Part shown: positions 34,651-49,551 of the stretch, one piece after another | Layout: the number at the start of each line of letters is the position of its first letter | Numbering within the stretch: the stretch's first letter is position 1 | Assembly: GCA_038496445.1 (NCBI GenBank) | Contig: JALMLS010000354.1 | Location: forward strand, 538,045-602,044 | DNA: 64,000 nt | Source: Trichosphaerium sp. ATCC 40318 | Taxonomy: Eukaryota > Protista > Tubulinea | Direction of reading: 5' to 3' | The notes under the pieces: generated by a model | The model's database searches: none | Told to the model about the DNA's origin: nothing | What the model saw: the letters and a program-made list of their open reading frames with translations, nothing else | Position numbers and translations under genes: made by a program

Positions 34651-36034
34651 ATGCAGTGCGTTCCGCCTGAGATTTTCTTTCATATAGCGCGCTTTTGTAC
34701 GCTAGAAACCGTTAAAACGCTGAGACTAGCCAATAAAAATTCAAGAGACAATATAAGTCATTTACGTATTGTCCGCGTACGTGTGAACTTCTTTATAGCG
34801 TATTGATATACTTTTCAGGCTTGTTTGCTTCCACATGTCTTAAAATTCTTTGAAGGCTTTACAATTGATCCCTCATGGATTTCTGATATAGCCAACCTAC
34901 CCTCTGGTCTAGTACGCTTCTTTATTTTCTATAAATCAACTGACACGTCTTTAAAATTAACTTTTTCCCAAACAGCTTATGGTTGTTGATTTTTCAGGTC
35001 ATACGGTGTACACTACTGATAAAAGTGGTAAAATAGTAGATATGATTGGCTGTGGTGATAGTGGGTCCACATCTAAATACAAAGACGGATCATTCAAAGA
35101 TGCACGTTTTTATTACCCACGTTCTTTGATAGTCGACAGTAATGGTGATGTATACCTAACAGATTGCGATAACCACTACTTGAGGCATATAGGTAAAACG
35201 CATCTTTCCTCATAACCCCACATCTTGAGGGTTTTTTGCAAGCAAATTTTTTTTGAATTGTTCCATCCCTTGGTCGTTTCACAAAGAAAAAATACGGTAG
35301 TAAATATGTTGAATAGTAAATATAGAATGTGATGAAGAATGATTCACAAAGTTTTTCTATCACGTGATATTCTAAGAGAAAAAACAGAATTTTGATTTTT
35401 ATTCCTGTTGGAAAAAAAAACCTACCCAAGCTAACTTCTTACTCCTCTAGATATGACGACTGCTTTAGTGTCGACAATAGAATACGTTAAGTTTGATAAA
35501 AGCCCACATGATATATGTTATGATTTAAACGGTGATTTATTGATAGCCGTAGAGTATGGATCAAAGATATGCAGATGTAACTTAAAGAAAGAAACACAAA
35601 TCGAGTACAAGCTAATACCTGGAAAATCAATTCCAAAATTTCGTCCACATGGTTTAGCAGTACACCCTAAAACTGGTATTTTGTATGTATTAAGACTTGA
35701 TATGGATTCATGGCCAAGTAACTATAAACATTTGACAATATCACGTGTTATTGATGGTAAAGTTGAAGATGTCTATACTCATGCCACGGGTATACATCCT
35801 ATAAAGTTTGATATTATAGGTAACTTGTACTTTGGGGCAGAAGATGGGTTCTTTCAAATGATAATAGAAGAGGATACACATCGCGTTTTTAAGATACAAA
35901 CAAAACCAAGTATAACAAATGTTACTGCTTTTTGTATCAACTCTCAAGATAACAAGATTATTGGTGTTTTTAAGGAAAAGGGAACAACTAAGGATCAGGA
36001 TAAACCATATGTCATGTTCAGTATGAACTGTTAA
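34651..36034 (+). CDS. F-box + NHL-repeat beta-propeller protein
   Basis: MQCVPPEIFFHIARFCTLETVKTLRLANK F-box; YKDGSFKDARFYYPRSLIVDSNGDVYLTDCDNHYLR NHL repeat; 3 introns. Confidence 0.8.
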
Positions 36035-36666
36035 ACAATGTAATATTTGTTCACTACGTAGTTTACACAAACAGCCGAAAACAACGGTCTAAAAAATGCG
36101 ATTGCAATTGTAACCTTCAATCGAATTATACGGATGCACGAAGAAGTAATTGTATTTACATGTTGTTGGCATGCTATTGATCCTGAGAACAGTCTGTAGT
36201 TAAAAAAATACTTTGTACTCTATCAGTCATGGCCGATTAAGCATTTCCAAAAAACTGATTTCATTGTATGTAAGTTTTTAATGAATTCATGTTGCGTATG
36301 TGAGCGTTGTCTAACATACCAGTACATTGTCAGTCTTCTGATTTTCAGGAAAATTTGAATTGGTTATTTAAAGGACATCCCTTCGATTGTAATAGAAAGA
36401 TGAGGGTTTTTTATCAAAGAAGTAATCCATTTTGCAGCAAAATTGTACTAGCATAGCATCACTGAGTGATAATGTACCGCTAGCAGCCATTTTTATGCCA
36501 GTACAGTACTTGATTAACTTGCATATACACGTGACATTTGAAGTGAGTGTGGTAACCTACAACAACAAAAAACAGCGCAAAAAATTTTTATTTATGTACA
36601 AACTTTTTTGCGGATCGCTCTACTATACACTTTCCATCTTTTTTTTTTAAATCACTTCTATGTTCC

Positions 36667-38569
36667 TCAAAACCATTCAGCCTTTACAAAGGGTAAGAAA
36701 ATATAAACATCTTATTTTTTGAGGAAGTATTGTACCGGCTCAAAGGATTCTCCAATATTAGCACCAACAGATACTGTAGGTTTGTTTTCACCTGACGCTG
36801 TAGCAACTGGACTATCGTCTTCTGATATGAATATCTCTGGTTCTAATTGAGGGTACTCATACTCTTCTTCAGGTAAAGCATCAATAACAGGTGTAGCAGG
36901 AGGTATACTGAGAGAAAAAAATCTTTAGCAAAAGACCAAAAAAGGTAATGAAAAAATCTTTGGACAAAAAACTCACGCTTCACCACCTTCACTAGCTGAG
37001 TCCTCTTCTTCACCTTGAGGAAATTCTTGAAGCGATCTATAAAGATAACATGAGAACAGCAAACATTTACTTACAACCACATACAAGAAAGCAAGCGTTG
37101 TTTCCAAAAAAAAAAGGATATTTCAAATAAAACTGATGAAAAGTTTTCTTGATTTTTAGATAAATTCTTTCTGTAAACGTACAATCTTATAGCTTCTGCT
37201 AACATTAAATCTTCAAGCTGAGCCGCCATTTGATCATCTAAATTATCAACACCTTGGAAATTTTGAGCAATACGAGCTGCTGGAGACATTTCTTGCTCAG
37301 CATCTTCACTTGATGATACTGAAACTTGCTCTATGGCGATAGGAGCAGCTGTTTGTCGTGTTTTAGGAGGTTTCTCGGTTGGTTGCGATAATTGGCTTTT
37401 TCTACGGCAATTTAGGGACACGCAAGAGGTAACAGAGTTCAAAAAGAGTAGGAACTGGCAAAGCAAAAAAAAATCGAAAAAAAAATCCTGCCACGACTAC
37501 TCGCTACACGCGTAAAAAAATAGAATGTGAACGATAGACGCGTAGATGGAAAGTTCTCTATCAAACCGTTGGAATTCAAAAAAAAAAAAAAGAAAAATCT
37601 CCTACTGCGCACCGTCTTTCTTCCTCTCGCTCTTTCATTCTTTGTTTCTGTCTCTCATTATCTCGTTCTATTTCCTCACGTCTTATCCTGTGTTGTAACT
37701 CTACAACACGTTGTTGTTCCTTAAAATAAGGTTAGATACGTTATCGTACGCGTATTAAACGCATTGCGAGTACAGAAATGGGCACGGAATGCACATTAAG
37801 AATAAAACCCAAAGAAAGCTTTTTTCGCTCTTAGCTCTTGCGCTATTTTTCTCGACTGTTGATGACAGTGCGTATCATTGTGTTCGAAGCAACGAGCGTT
37901 TTACAAAAACACGCTTTTTTTCGCTCGTGTTGTTTTGTGAACAGTAATTTACGTTTAAAACCCATCACGTACCCTTAAGCGTTGTTGTTGTGCTTCTTCT
38001 GACAGAGGTCCCGTGAACACAACCTCAAACGGTGAGAATTTACAGTATGGGCACAGACTACGTATGTTTAACATTACATCATAGTGTATAAGTGATTTGC
38101 GTTCAAATAAAACAAAAAATCTTACCAGGTTTTTGGGTTTGGCATTTTAATTTGCAAATAACACTCTGATCAAAGTAATTAGCATAACAGCATTAATATA
38201 GAAGATTTTTGTGCCTGTACAAATTCCACTTGTACAGCATTTCGCTCTATTTAGACCTCCTGCGAATAACTACGCCATATATAAGTACCAGAGCAATATA
38301 CACGTACTGTGCCTACATTGAAACAAATTGGACATTCCTCGAGTTCAGGCCTGACTTGTGGGTTATTGTCGTCTGTTTCAACCTCTGGTTTAAAAAACGG
38401 GGCAATCTTTGCTTGGCATGAGAAAATCGAAAGGTCGTTGTTGTACCTTTCTGTCTTGTATGCTCCTGCGTATAGAGCGCCTATTGCTTTCCCACCACGA
38501 GGACTCGTACAAACCACTTGGCTTCAGGAGCTCAGGGTCAATTTTCTCTCTATTAAACCCAGCACCCAT
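36667..38569 (-). CDS. SIP5/GW2/DA2-like RING-type E3 ligase
   Basis: MGAG..KPSGLY..KIAPFF..EECPICF..LNRAKCCTSGICTECYLQIK..CPYCK and QLEDLMLAEAIRLS. Confidence 0.85.
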
Positions 38570-39245
38570 CTAATTAACGTTTTACGTTAATTTTTTTTCT
38601 TGTTTGACGACGAAATACAAAAACAAGGCGAAACGCTTCAAAAACTGAGTGCACAAGGTTATTTTATGTGTTTTGCGTTGTTTTTAACGTACCTTTTGAT
38701 TTATATTATCAGACTACTGTCTAAATACGGCCAATGACAAACAACAATTACAGCGGCGATGTTACCGGCCAAACTACTAATTCAGAAAACAGACTTTAAG
38801 TCTTTTTTTCAAATCTACGAGCACTAAGCCTGAAACCTCAAGACTGGCTATTTAATTTAATAGGCGGTTTAACGAGGCAACATTAAACACCACAGCTTGT
38901 TCGTTATTGTAAGTGTTCCTTTTGTGTTAAGAAGCTCACGTGATAAAACCTCAGCGGTCCTTTTTACTAGTACAGAAAGAAATTGTTACTTCTACTGTTG
39001 GCGGGATGGTGCTTCGGGTAGTTTTGAAATAATGACTATAATTATGTTGTCTTTGTTACAGGCGTGGGGTCAATGCCAGTGCGTAAGATAAATCAACTAC
39101 AAGCTTACATTTTTAGAATCATCCTGTTTTCAACTAAATACTGAAAAAGAGACAGTTTTACTGGCGTACGAAAATCCTTGACTGTATCTAGAACTTGAGA
39201 TATCATTCGGCATCAGAAACAATACCCAAGTACTGACCCGAAACG

Positions 39246-40262
39246 ATGCAACAAACGCCGAGCTATAATCAACAACAAAGCTACCAAAATGGTGCACCAG
39301 CAAACTACAGTGGACAGCCACAGAGCTATGGACATGGTAATGCTCAACCAATATTAAATCCACCTGTAATGCAGACGTACTTTAAAGTGCATAAAACGCA
39401 GGAAAAGTACGAGTCGTGCCATAACCACAGTGGTGTTTAGTTTGTCAGCAACTTATTAACATCAACTGGTAGCCACAACGTCAAATGGTTTCACCATGAG
39501 CCTCGTATATCTATGTACAGAGAGAGTGCGTTGTTTTACCTCACTTTCACCTTCTACCGACACTGCCCTTTGGACTCACTTATTGAAACAATCTCGACAA
39601 ATTCTCTTGTTTTCGTACACTAAAGAGTGGTTTTCATGCTTTTCGGAATTAACCTCTAGCACCAACACAAACCTCTTATGTATTTTTATGCTACAGTGGA
39701 ACATTGTGGTATTTACAATCTTTTGCAATAGAGGACTACTATTACGAAGGCAACGCACGCGTTGTCACTTCTTACTTGATTAAATCATCAAACTTTCTGT
39801 ACCGATGGACTTTTGAGATTTTCATGGTATTATGGCTACTGATTGGTCTATTGTATCCTCGCGTCACATGGAGTTTTAGTTGAATTCTTTTTGTGTTAGC
39901 TTAATTTTCTTTTAATGACCCGACCCGAAAGAGTTGGTTTTCATAGAAATAACAATCACGATCCTTGACAATAGAAAGAGTTGCACCTTTTGCAGGTATT
40001 TGGGGATCGTTTTGGACTTTTGTTACGGATATATGGCGTTCCCATGCACGTGCTACAGTGGTAAGTAGAAGTGTTTCTAGTTGTTGGGTTTTACTGCTAA
40101 CCTTTGTTTTAGGGAAAACTCATGGCTGATACTTTCGGATATGGCGACTACTTATTGAAACGAGAGGAACTAGCTGATTTGAAAATTAAGTACTGGACCA
40201 AACAATTAGAAAAACCAAAAGAGTCAGCTGTTATAGATGGCACCCAGAAGTTTCAAGTATAA
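39246..40262 (+). CDS. Hypothetical membrane protein with Q/P/Y-rich N-terminus
   Basis: Exons join through GT-AG introns; hydrophobic FEIFMVLWLLIGLLYP segment; family not recognised. Confidence 0.5.
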
Positions 40263-40453
40263 ACAAAGCAACAAAATTTAGTTTACGTTGCGGATGTGAT
40301 GTCACTAATAAACTAAGATAGTCCTTTTTGTTTAATATTGAATTCATCAATCATCACCTGAACAAAAAATTGAAGGGTTTCCTGTATCATGCTTCCTCTG
40401 CATAAAGTACATCAAGTTTTGACACCCTTTGTGAGGGTCGAAGTAGGATTTAG

Positions 40454-40762
40454 TTGGAAACTGTTTACTATGCTAATTTAGGATTTACACTTAAGGCATG
40501 TACAGAGCCTGACAGCCTTTACTGTTATCGTGTTTGTCACCTGGCTGGTAGTACACGGGATGCACATGTTGAGGTATGGAACATTTTCTTTCTTTTTTCT
40601 GCTTTAGACAAAGCTTACAATATTCTCCTTCAAAACGTTCAAGAAGCCTGCAAGCCTAATATTGATGTTTATAAGGCCCTGTTTGGTCGTTTCGAAATGC
40701 TCGAGATAGATGTTTTGTTTCTTGTTCCATACAGCCACACCAGACGTATGATAGACTGGTAA
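40454..40762 (+). pseudogene. Possible pentatricopeptide-repeat (PPR) relic
   Basis: ACTEPDSLYCY..GSTRDA and DKAYNILLQNVQEACKPNIDVYKALF resemble PPR units; no ATG start and stops on both sides. Confidence 0.3.
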
Positions 40763-41202
40763 AAACACAAACAAGTTTAGTTTCCGCAGACAATCAATTA
40801 AAAGCTCATCCACAAAGCGCAACTTTGTCCCAGCTTTGAGGCACGTGAACATATTCTTCATAGTGACCCGATAAAAATCCATTTTCTAGGTCGTCATTCC
40901 TCGTAACCTGTCCCTTTTATCGCTCATAGTTTATATTACGGGTTCTAGCATGTAACTAAATCAGTTTTGATTGGTACATACTCACAGTTTGAACAAAACT
41001 AAGCTCCAAGAATGGATTATCGAAAGTTGCTTGTATTGTAAAATCCGACGCATATCCTTATACCTAAAGCTCATAAGATCCTGCGAAACTAAAATCTTGC
41101 TTCCTTTAGTGTTTTCAAACACGGTCACGACGTTGCCAAATTCACTTAACGATCGACGTCAGATGTGTATGCTTTATTTTAAAAGCAGTTATAACTTTCT
41201 GA

Positions 41203-41811
<609 letters not shown>

Positions 41812-42071
41812 TCCATTTAAAAACAGTTACAAGTGTATTATTTAGAAAACAAAAAACCAATAAATCCCAAATTAGTTGCACCAACTCATCATAGCTTTCA
41901 CGTTTTTAAAAAAAACGTGCAACAACAAATATAGTTTGCCAGTTGTAAAAATCGTATGTGAGTGAATAAACCGGGTGGCGATAGTCAATTTCATCACGTT
42001 TTTTGCATATCTGTCGTCCGTCCAAAACAAAAGGAATTTGGTTGACTATTCAGGCGAATGTTTATTCTAAA

Positions 42072-42895
42072 ATGTCACAAGAAATAAGCCAGGAAATAGA
42101 CACAAACGTCATTAGTCTACTTGACGCTATTGACGATTACCAAGCTCTATACGAACAGCTTCAAAAGCATGTCAAGAATGTAATGAACCCCAATTTTTTT
42201 TTCGAAGCTTTTAATACTCTTAGGGATACTTTAAACTATCAAAGGCGCGTATAGGTATGGGCCCAACGTCTTTAACTAGACATCAATACAATTACAACAC
42301 TATTGCTACAGTCGGCGTTGAAGTGTACGGAATACGCCAAAATTATACAATGCGAGGCCTAAATAATAGTTTTTAGAAGCGCAGACGAAAATTCTGTACA
42401 AACTTTTAAAAAGACTACAAACCTTGATTTTGAAGTACAAGACGATACAGAAGATACAGAGGAATCATCACAATTACGACAAAGGCGCAACAAAACAAAA
42501 TCGCCCGAAACGCAACAAAGTACCAAAAAGACTTCTAAAAACAGCGTCCAAGAGCCAATAAGATGGTTTGGACTACCTACAACGACGCTAAAGCAATCAC
42601 AAAAAGAATTCAAAACAGGTACGTGCAAACAGCCTTTGCTCTGTTTGTGTACTACTTTTTCACTTCTAAATAGCTCTGGACATTGCCATATCTCTCGCCA
42701 ATGCAAAGGTACATATATTTTGTTTTTAACACGTGATAGTTTTTTACTAACTCAGCAAAGGCACGTCTTATGAGTATTGAAAGTAAGGTAAAGTCATCAA
42801 TGGCAAAGAAATACGGTGACAAAAAAGAAGCACCAGAAGAAGCAAATGAAAATAAAACAGACGTGAACGATGACATAGAAGATAAAATATTGTAG
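42072..42895 (+). CDS. CCDC115/Vma22-like V-ATPase assembly factor
   Basis: LLDAIDDYQ..GYFKLSKARIGMG..EPIRWFG..LKQSQKEFKTAL. Confidence 0.8.
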
Positions 42896-43164
42896 CCTTA
42901 CACATTACCTAAAGAAGAAACCCTAAAACACATTGAACTGTACAATAACCAACCTTTTGATTGACTTATAAAAAAATCACCGAAAAAAAAATAAGCAAGC
43001 CTTCGCTCACACATTGTTTTTTGAAAAAAACAAAGGCCCCACGATGCCAACACTGGTGCCATTATCACCTATTTTTGTTGTACAACTTTAGAAACACATC
43101 ATGTGCGCATGTGTACCGTTTACAAACTCATGCAGTTTTTCATTTGTCGCTAGTGTTTTTTAGT

Positions 43165-46100
43165 ATGGCAGAAAAACGGAGGCACATCCGTTCGCGTTCG
43201 CGGACGACTTACGAGGCTAACCCGGTTATTATATCTTCAATAAGCGTGCCTTTAACAGACACCCTAAGTAACGTGATGAATAGTATCATGATGGCTGATA
43301 AAGAGGTAAAAGATGATGTTCTGTTGAAACACACCAAACCTAATTGTTTTTTAATTTTTTTTTAGGGTATTCGCATGCACGTGCAATCATTGAGAAGGTG
43401 GATGTATAAGTTTGTAACAAAGGCGGATAAATTGTCTAAAATGTCTCCAAACATGAAGAGTGCTAATATTCAAGCGGCTTTAATGGACCTGGAGTATTAC
43501 TTACAACGTACGCACGTGTATACTTTTGAAAAAAAACGCTTCGGTATTTTTGGACGTCCATTACACCAACATTTGAGTTTCGGTGATGACGTTTGACGTA
43601 TTTTACTTCGTATAGTAGTATACTCCGCGTTGCCAATCGACGCTATCAGCGAAGTTTTCGTTTGTTCAAAATATGTTGGTTGAAAACTGCCTATTGTTTT
43701 TTTTCTGTTCGCTTTTTTAACGGTTGTTATAGAGTTTGTTCAAAATTTTGTTGGCCTACTGACATACCCACCATCAAGAGGTACGCTCATTTATTCTTTT
43801 TTTCAAACGAACTGGTACTGGCAACATGCAGAAGTACCGTAAACAAAAATAGAACAATCACATGTCACAGCATTCTATTTGTAATATTTACGCTATTGTT
43901 TAGACAGACACAGCTCCTATAGAACAAGACGTCTTATAAAAATAAACAAGAAAATGCGACATTGTATAAAGCGATTAGTCGTTGTATGCAAAGACATAGG
44001 TAAGTGTCGTATATTCAAAGAGAAGTTTCTCTTGTTTTGGAAATTAAAGACATTAATCCTTTATAAGGAGAGGGAAGCTACAAAATGAAGAGCATGAGCG
44101 CTTCCTGTTCAGATGTATCATATGGAATGATACTCAATGTAAATAATTGTAATAGTGAAATGAATGGAACAATACCAGAATAAAAATAACTTGTACTCTA
44201 AGCCTGAGCGTAATAGTGAAACCCTCACCATAAATTTTTGACAACCAATCCAAGAATGTGCTTGACTAAACATCCACGGATTTTTTTTCTATGTTTTACT
44301 TTTGATACAAGCCCCTTTGGTATCTTTATATGCATGACCCTGGTAACCTCGAAGGGTACTTATGGAAGAGGAAGGAAAGGGTCAAATTGAAGTACTGGCA
44401 AAAAAGATATTTTGTGCGTTTTTTAAGGAATACCATTGTACCGTATACCTTACTCTTTTGATATAGGTACAAGTACGTTTCGATAACTACTATGGCGATA
44501 GAAATCTGCGAATTCCAAAGCGCACTGGGCCATATTTTTCAAAAAACTACTAATCTGAATTTTGCTATTTTACGCTATTTAGGTCCATTTGCTGAGTGGT
44601 CACGTGCTGTACTTATAAAATTATACAGGTTCAATCTAAACTCGTTTATTACAAAACAAAGGAACACCGTAATGTGCTTGGATTTATAGACTTGAATGAG
44701 ATAAACAAGGTACTGACATCATAATGCAAAACAAACAAACTTCGACGTCAATTTTTTACACCAAAAAAAAAACTGAAGAAAACAAAATTCTGTATCGCCC
44801 GTAAAGAATTATCACGTGATTTACTTTATTTATATATGTTTAGATTATAAAAGTGCGATACGACAAAAAATTAAAGTTCGGCTTTGCAATATATACAGAC
44901 GCAAGAATATGGCACTTAGGCGCTGAGAAAGCAGATGATGAAAAGTATTGGATAGATGGTATTGGTAAATTCTTGCTTGATGATATGTCTGTTCGTGTTA
45001 GAACCATCACAGTACGTTTAACTATCATATTATATTCATGCGTAATTATCACGTTACCTTTTGATGCTGTTAGAAGCCTTCCTCTCCTGGTTCAAGTTTA
45101 GAAGATATAAGTGAAGCGATTCTACCTCAACTAGCGTCTACATTTGTTGGAGAGGAAGTGAGATGGTTCGCGCAACGTGCGCCAAGGTTATATCAGCATG
45201 ATCACTGGGTTGAAGCGGATATTGTCATTACGAATTATAGGTTAATATTCGTACCTAGAGCGTTCGAGAGACAGAGTATAATCGTAAGTAATGTCGCTAT
45301 CTTTAGTTTTGGTTTGTTTGGTTTTTTTTTTGAATCATGTTTTTGACGTCATACATCTTTTTTCTTTTTGTTACCTTCTGATGTGGTGTAGAGAACAAGG
45401 CCCAAGAATAATAATAAAGAGTCGCCAGATTCTTGTTTTCATACAACAAAGAAGTACGCGTTTTAGATAAAGCACGTGTTTTCAAAAAAAAAGGATATAA
45501 CTGTTGGTACTAGCGATACTACATTCTCGAATATACTTAAAGTAGAGAAACTTGAAAATTGCGATGATGTCATTCTATGGTACACTTAAATTATTCTTTC
45601 TTAGTTGAATATTATCACAAAAACAAGCTTTCAAAATATTTTACGGGCCACCATGCTGAGTATGGGACAAGAAGTTAAAAAGCAACAATTTCCATAAAAA
45701 AAAACCAATACATTTTAAGACATGTTTCGAAACCCGATACTTAAAACAGCTGGATTTATTTATAAATTATATCATAACTCTTATAAACTTCAAACCGCCA
45801 CAGACTTTTTCACAGAGATCCAGCCCTGTACAAAGCGAAGAAATAGTTTTCTTCAAAATATATTCGAATAAGCTATTAAAAAAAAGTACTAATCGATTAG
45901 GTGCAAGGATGCAAGATCTTTCAGATTATCTTGGGATCATAGGGAAGAAAAAAATAAATTCCTTGCTAAGCTGCACTCATTTTGTAAACAAGGATTAGAA
46001 GAAAGCTTCGCATTCTCGTACAAGGCAAACCTTAAACTACAAAACAAAATGTCAAAAGAAGACAATTTTAACCGCCTTTCAAGACCACGTGATTAATCGA

Positions 46101-49100
46101 CTGTATAGATTACTCAACCAAAAAGTATGCCATATAATGCAATGGTAGAGTTGCAACGTATAGGATTACCGACGCTTCAATGGCGTATAAGCACTATAAA
46201 TAGAAACTATGAAATTTCTGATACATACCCAAGTATTTTAGCAGTAAGTATGATTATTTTTCTTTCTTTTGAGCAAACTAGAGTGTTTATTCTTAATTTT
46301 TATTTAAGGTACCCACGGCGCTTAGCGACGAAGAGATAATGGACATTAAAAAGTACAGGGCCAGAGGTCGGATACCAACACTTTCATGGCTACACCCAAA
46401 GTAAGAAAAAAAATTGTTGGGTTTTTCTGGATGTCACTCACTCGCATCAAGGAATGGGGCTGCTTTATGTAGAAGTTCTCAGCCGAGTGTTGGCGTATTA
46501 TCAAAAAGATGTACAGCTGATGAAACATTCTTAAAACTGTTAAGTGACATGGGAGACTCTGATGAAAGTAATGCGTGTTTTAACTTGTAGCTTTTTGTTT
46601 TATACTCATTCGTCTTCGTTTATAGAGGTCGTTTATATTCTTGATGCAAGACCGCGGATTGTAGCAGTTGCGAATAGAGCAGTCGGTGGCGGTTCAGAAG
46701 AAGTAAAGGTAATATATTTTGTATTAGAACACAGATATTTAAAAAAGATTGTTTTCAGAGGGGTAAATGGTTCAAGCTAAAGTATTTGAATATTGGTAAC
46801 ATTCATGATGTAAGAAACTCTTGGAAGAAACTTCATGAGCTAGGCTCGATGCCGTGTAATACAACGGGAAAGGAATCTAGATCTTACTTTGCACATCTAG
46901 ACGCTTCGGGTAAGTAGACTACCAAAAAGGGGTTTTGTTATTTTTATCACGTGCGTTTGACAAGTTATATTTAATTTTATGTAGGATGGTTCGGTTACTT
47001 ATTTAACATTCTTCGCGGCGCAAGACGTGTTGTTGAAGTCATGGAAGAGCGTGCATGTTCTGTACTAGTTCATTGCAGGCAAGATTTTAACAAAAACAAC
47101 GAAACTAACATATTCTTTAGTGACGGCTGGGATCGTACTTCTCAAATATGTGGTCTTGCAAAGCTACTTATGGACCCTTATTACCGCACTATAAAAGGAT
47201 TCCAGGTACTTGTAGACTCTATTTTAGGCTTCCTCGACCCTGAGAAAAAAGATAATAGCTCATAATGTGATAGGTATTGATTGACATGGAGTGGCTTTCA
47301 TTTGGTCACCAATTTGCAGAAAGGTAGACCAGACATCACATGTTTATACGCTTATTTATCTCAGATGTGGACACCAAGGAAGTAGTCAAAAAGATGATTA
47401 TCAAGCACCTATATTTCTACAGTTTCTAGAGTGTGTTCACTATATCCAAGTGGAGTATCCGTTTGCTTTTGAGTTCAACGAAGTACGTATTCCTATTTTA
47501 TTCATAAAACGGAAAAAAAGTTGAGCCATACCATTTAATTCGTTATGTCAACAAACAGTTATGTGTTGCGATTTTTTGTCTTACTTCATTCTTTACAAAC
47601 AGGAGTACTTGCTAGTTCTTTGTGAACACTGTTATAGTTGTGCTTTTGGTACATTTTTGTGCGACTCAGAGAAGGAACGCAGAGATCGTAAAATACATGC
47701 AAGAACACCTTCATTGTGGGATTACATAGAGCAAAAGAAGCACCTCTTCAAAAATCCGTTTTATAATCTTTCAAAAACACGTGCGTACCTCTCAGAAATT
47801 CGAAAAAAAAACAAGAACAAAAAAATGCCAGCGCTCTATTTGCTCTTAAAACTACCCTCTGTTATGGGTTTGTTTATCCTTTCATGCATATACGGACTTA
47901 TATTTAGTGAGTGTAGTTGATAATAGAACGACAAACGAAATGGCTTCACACATTAAGAGCGCACCTCTTTATCCTGCGGTTGATGTAAGAAAGATGAACG
48001 TTTGGCAGAAATTCTATTTTAGATGGAACCCTGACCTCAAACCACAAGTATCAGGGGAGCTAGGAATGTATGAAGAATCACTAGTCAAAGTACTTGATCA
48101 GAACGAGAAGCTCAAGAGGACGCTTAAACGAGCTTTTATCCTTTTAAAGAAAAAAGAACAAAAATACAAAGAATTAACAGATGCTTTGTTGAAAGCTACT
48201 GGTAAAGTACCTCAGCCGACATCTGATGTACAACAAACAATGCATGATGATGAAACAGATAGACTTATAGCAAAAGCAGCAAGGGCTATGGTAGAAGAAG
48301 AGAAGGTTGCTCCGGGAGATAAAGATGAGAGTACCGATGAGAATGATGATAGTGAGGAAGATAGCAAAATGGTCGGTCATAAACCTCTTAGATCTTCTTC
48401 AAAAGTTGACCCTCCAAGAAGACGTAAAGGTATGTGTCGAAGACATTTAGGTGCCCTTAAAACAAAATCCGTCCACCACGTGGATTTTTTAACTTTTTTT
48501 TCTTTGATATTTCTTGCTTTTCAAAAAATCAGTTTTCCTCTTCCTGCTTATAACTTTGCATCATGTGAAACAACAAAATTGTAAATGATCTTTTCTAAGC
48601 GCATGAGATGTATCAAAGTGTTTTGAAGAAACGAAGAATAGCTGATTTTGTTTTGTTCTGCAGAAAAAAGTTTGTTTGTTCATTACTGTCTTGCTTGTGC
48701 TGACCATTTTATCCTCAATGTTTAGATAGTATTTCACTAAGAAAGACAAAATACAATAGACAACGTTCTAGAGCACTCGATGGTGAAGATCAAGAGTCAT
48801 CATCAATGAAAAAAGATAAGAAAATAAAATCCAATGAAGAAAAAAGTGGTAATCACAGGAGACAGAAATCAGAGGAAAAGGTTGTTACTGTTTTTGATAG
48901 ACATGAGCATCTTAAATTGAGCGGAAAAAATAAATCAAGATTAAACAATGTAAGACACAGGAATCAAGACGTTGATAAAATATCACCTGTGGCAATGGAG
49001 CTTAATGCTAAAGGTTTTATGACAGGTAAGCATTAGGGGGTAGGGAGTTTTTTTCAAAAATCAAAATTTATGTTTTTCTGCTTAGAAGCACATCACGTGA

Positions 49101-49551
49101 CTGAAAATTTTCGAGCATTACTTCATCACATTCTGTTTTTATTTTTAACCTATTTACTACCGTATCTTGTTTTGTAAAACAACCGACGGACGTGTAACAA
49201 TTCCAAAAAAAAAGAACTTAAATTGCTGTTTAAATTATTTTTGGCTCTCCACGACGCCAGAAGAACATCATGAAGATTCTTTTTGTTTGTTTTCTAAGTA
49301 CTATATTTATTTTATATTGACACGTGTTATTAGGTAAGGATAACTCCATGCACAGGCGTAGAGTGAAAAGAAAGCCAAAAAGAGAAATTATAAAGGCTAA
49401 TTCAATTCCTTTTGAAAAAGTTAGTGATAACGGTAGAACCACTTCACCGCGATCTATTAGTAGGTCACATTCTCAATCAACATCTACTGTTCCTGTCAAA
49501 CGAAATGATATAAAATTTGAAGAAGAAGACCAAGATGCTAACTCATTGTAA
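43165..49551 (+). CDS. PH-domain myotubularin phosphoinositide 3-phosphatase, copy 1
   Basis: PH EGYLWK..WQKRYF; WRISTINRNYEISDTYP; ILDARP; catalytic VLVHCSDGWDRT; EWLSFGHQF; APIFLQFLECV; coiled coil. Confidence 0.9.
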
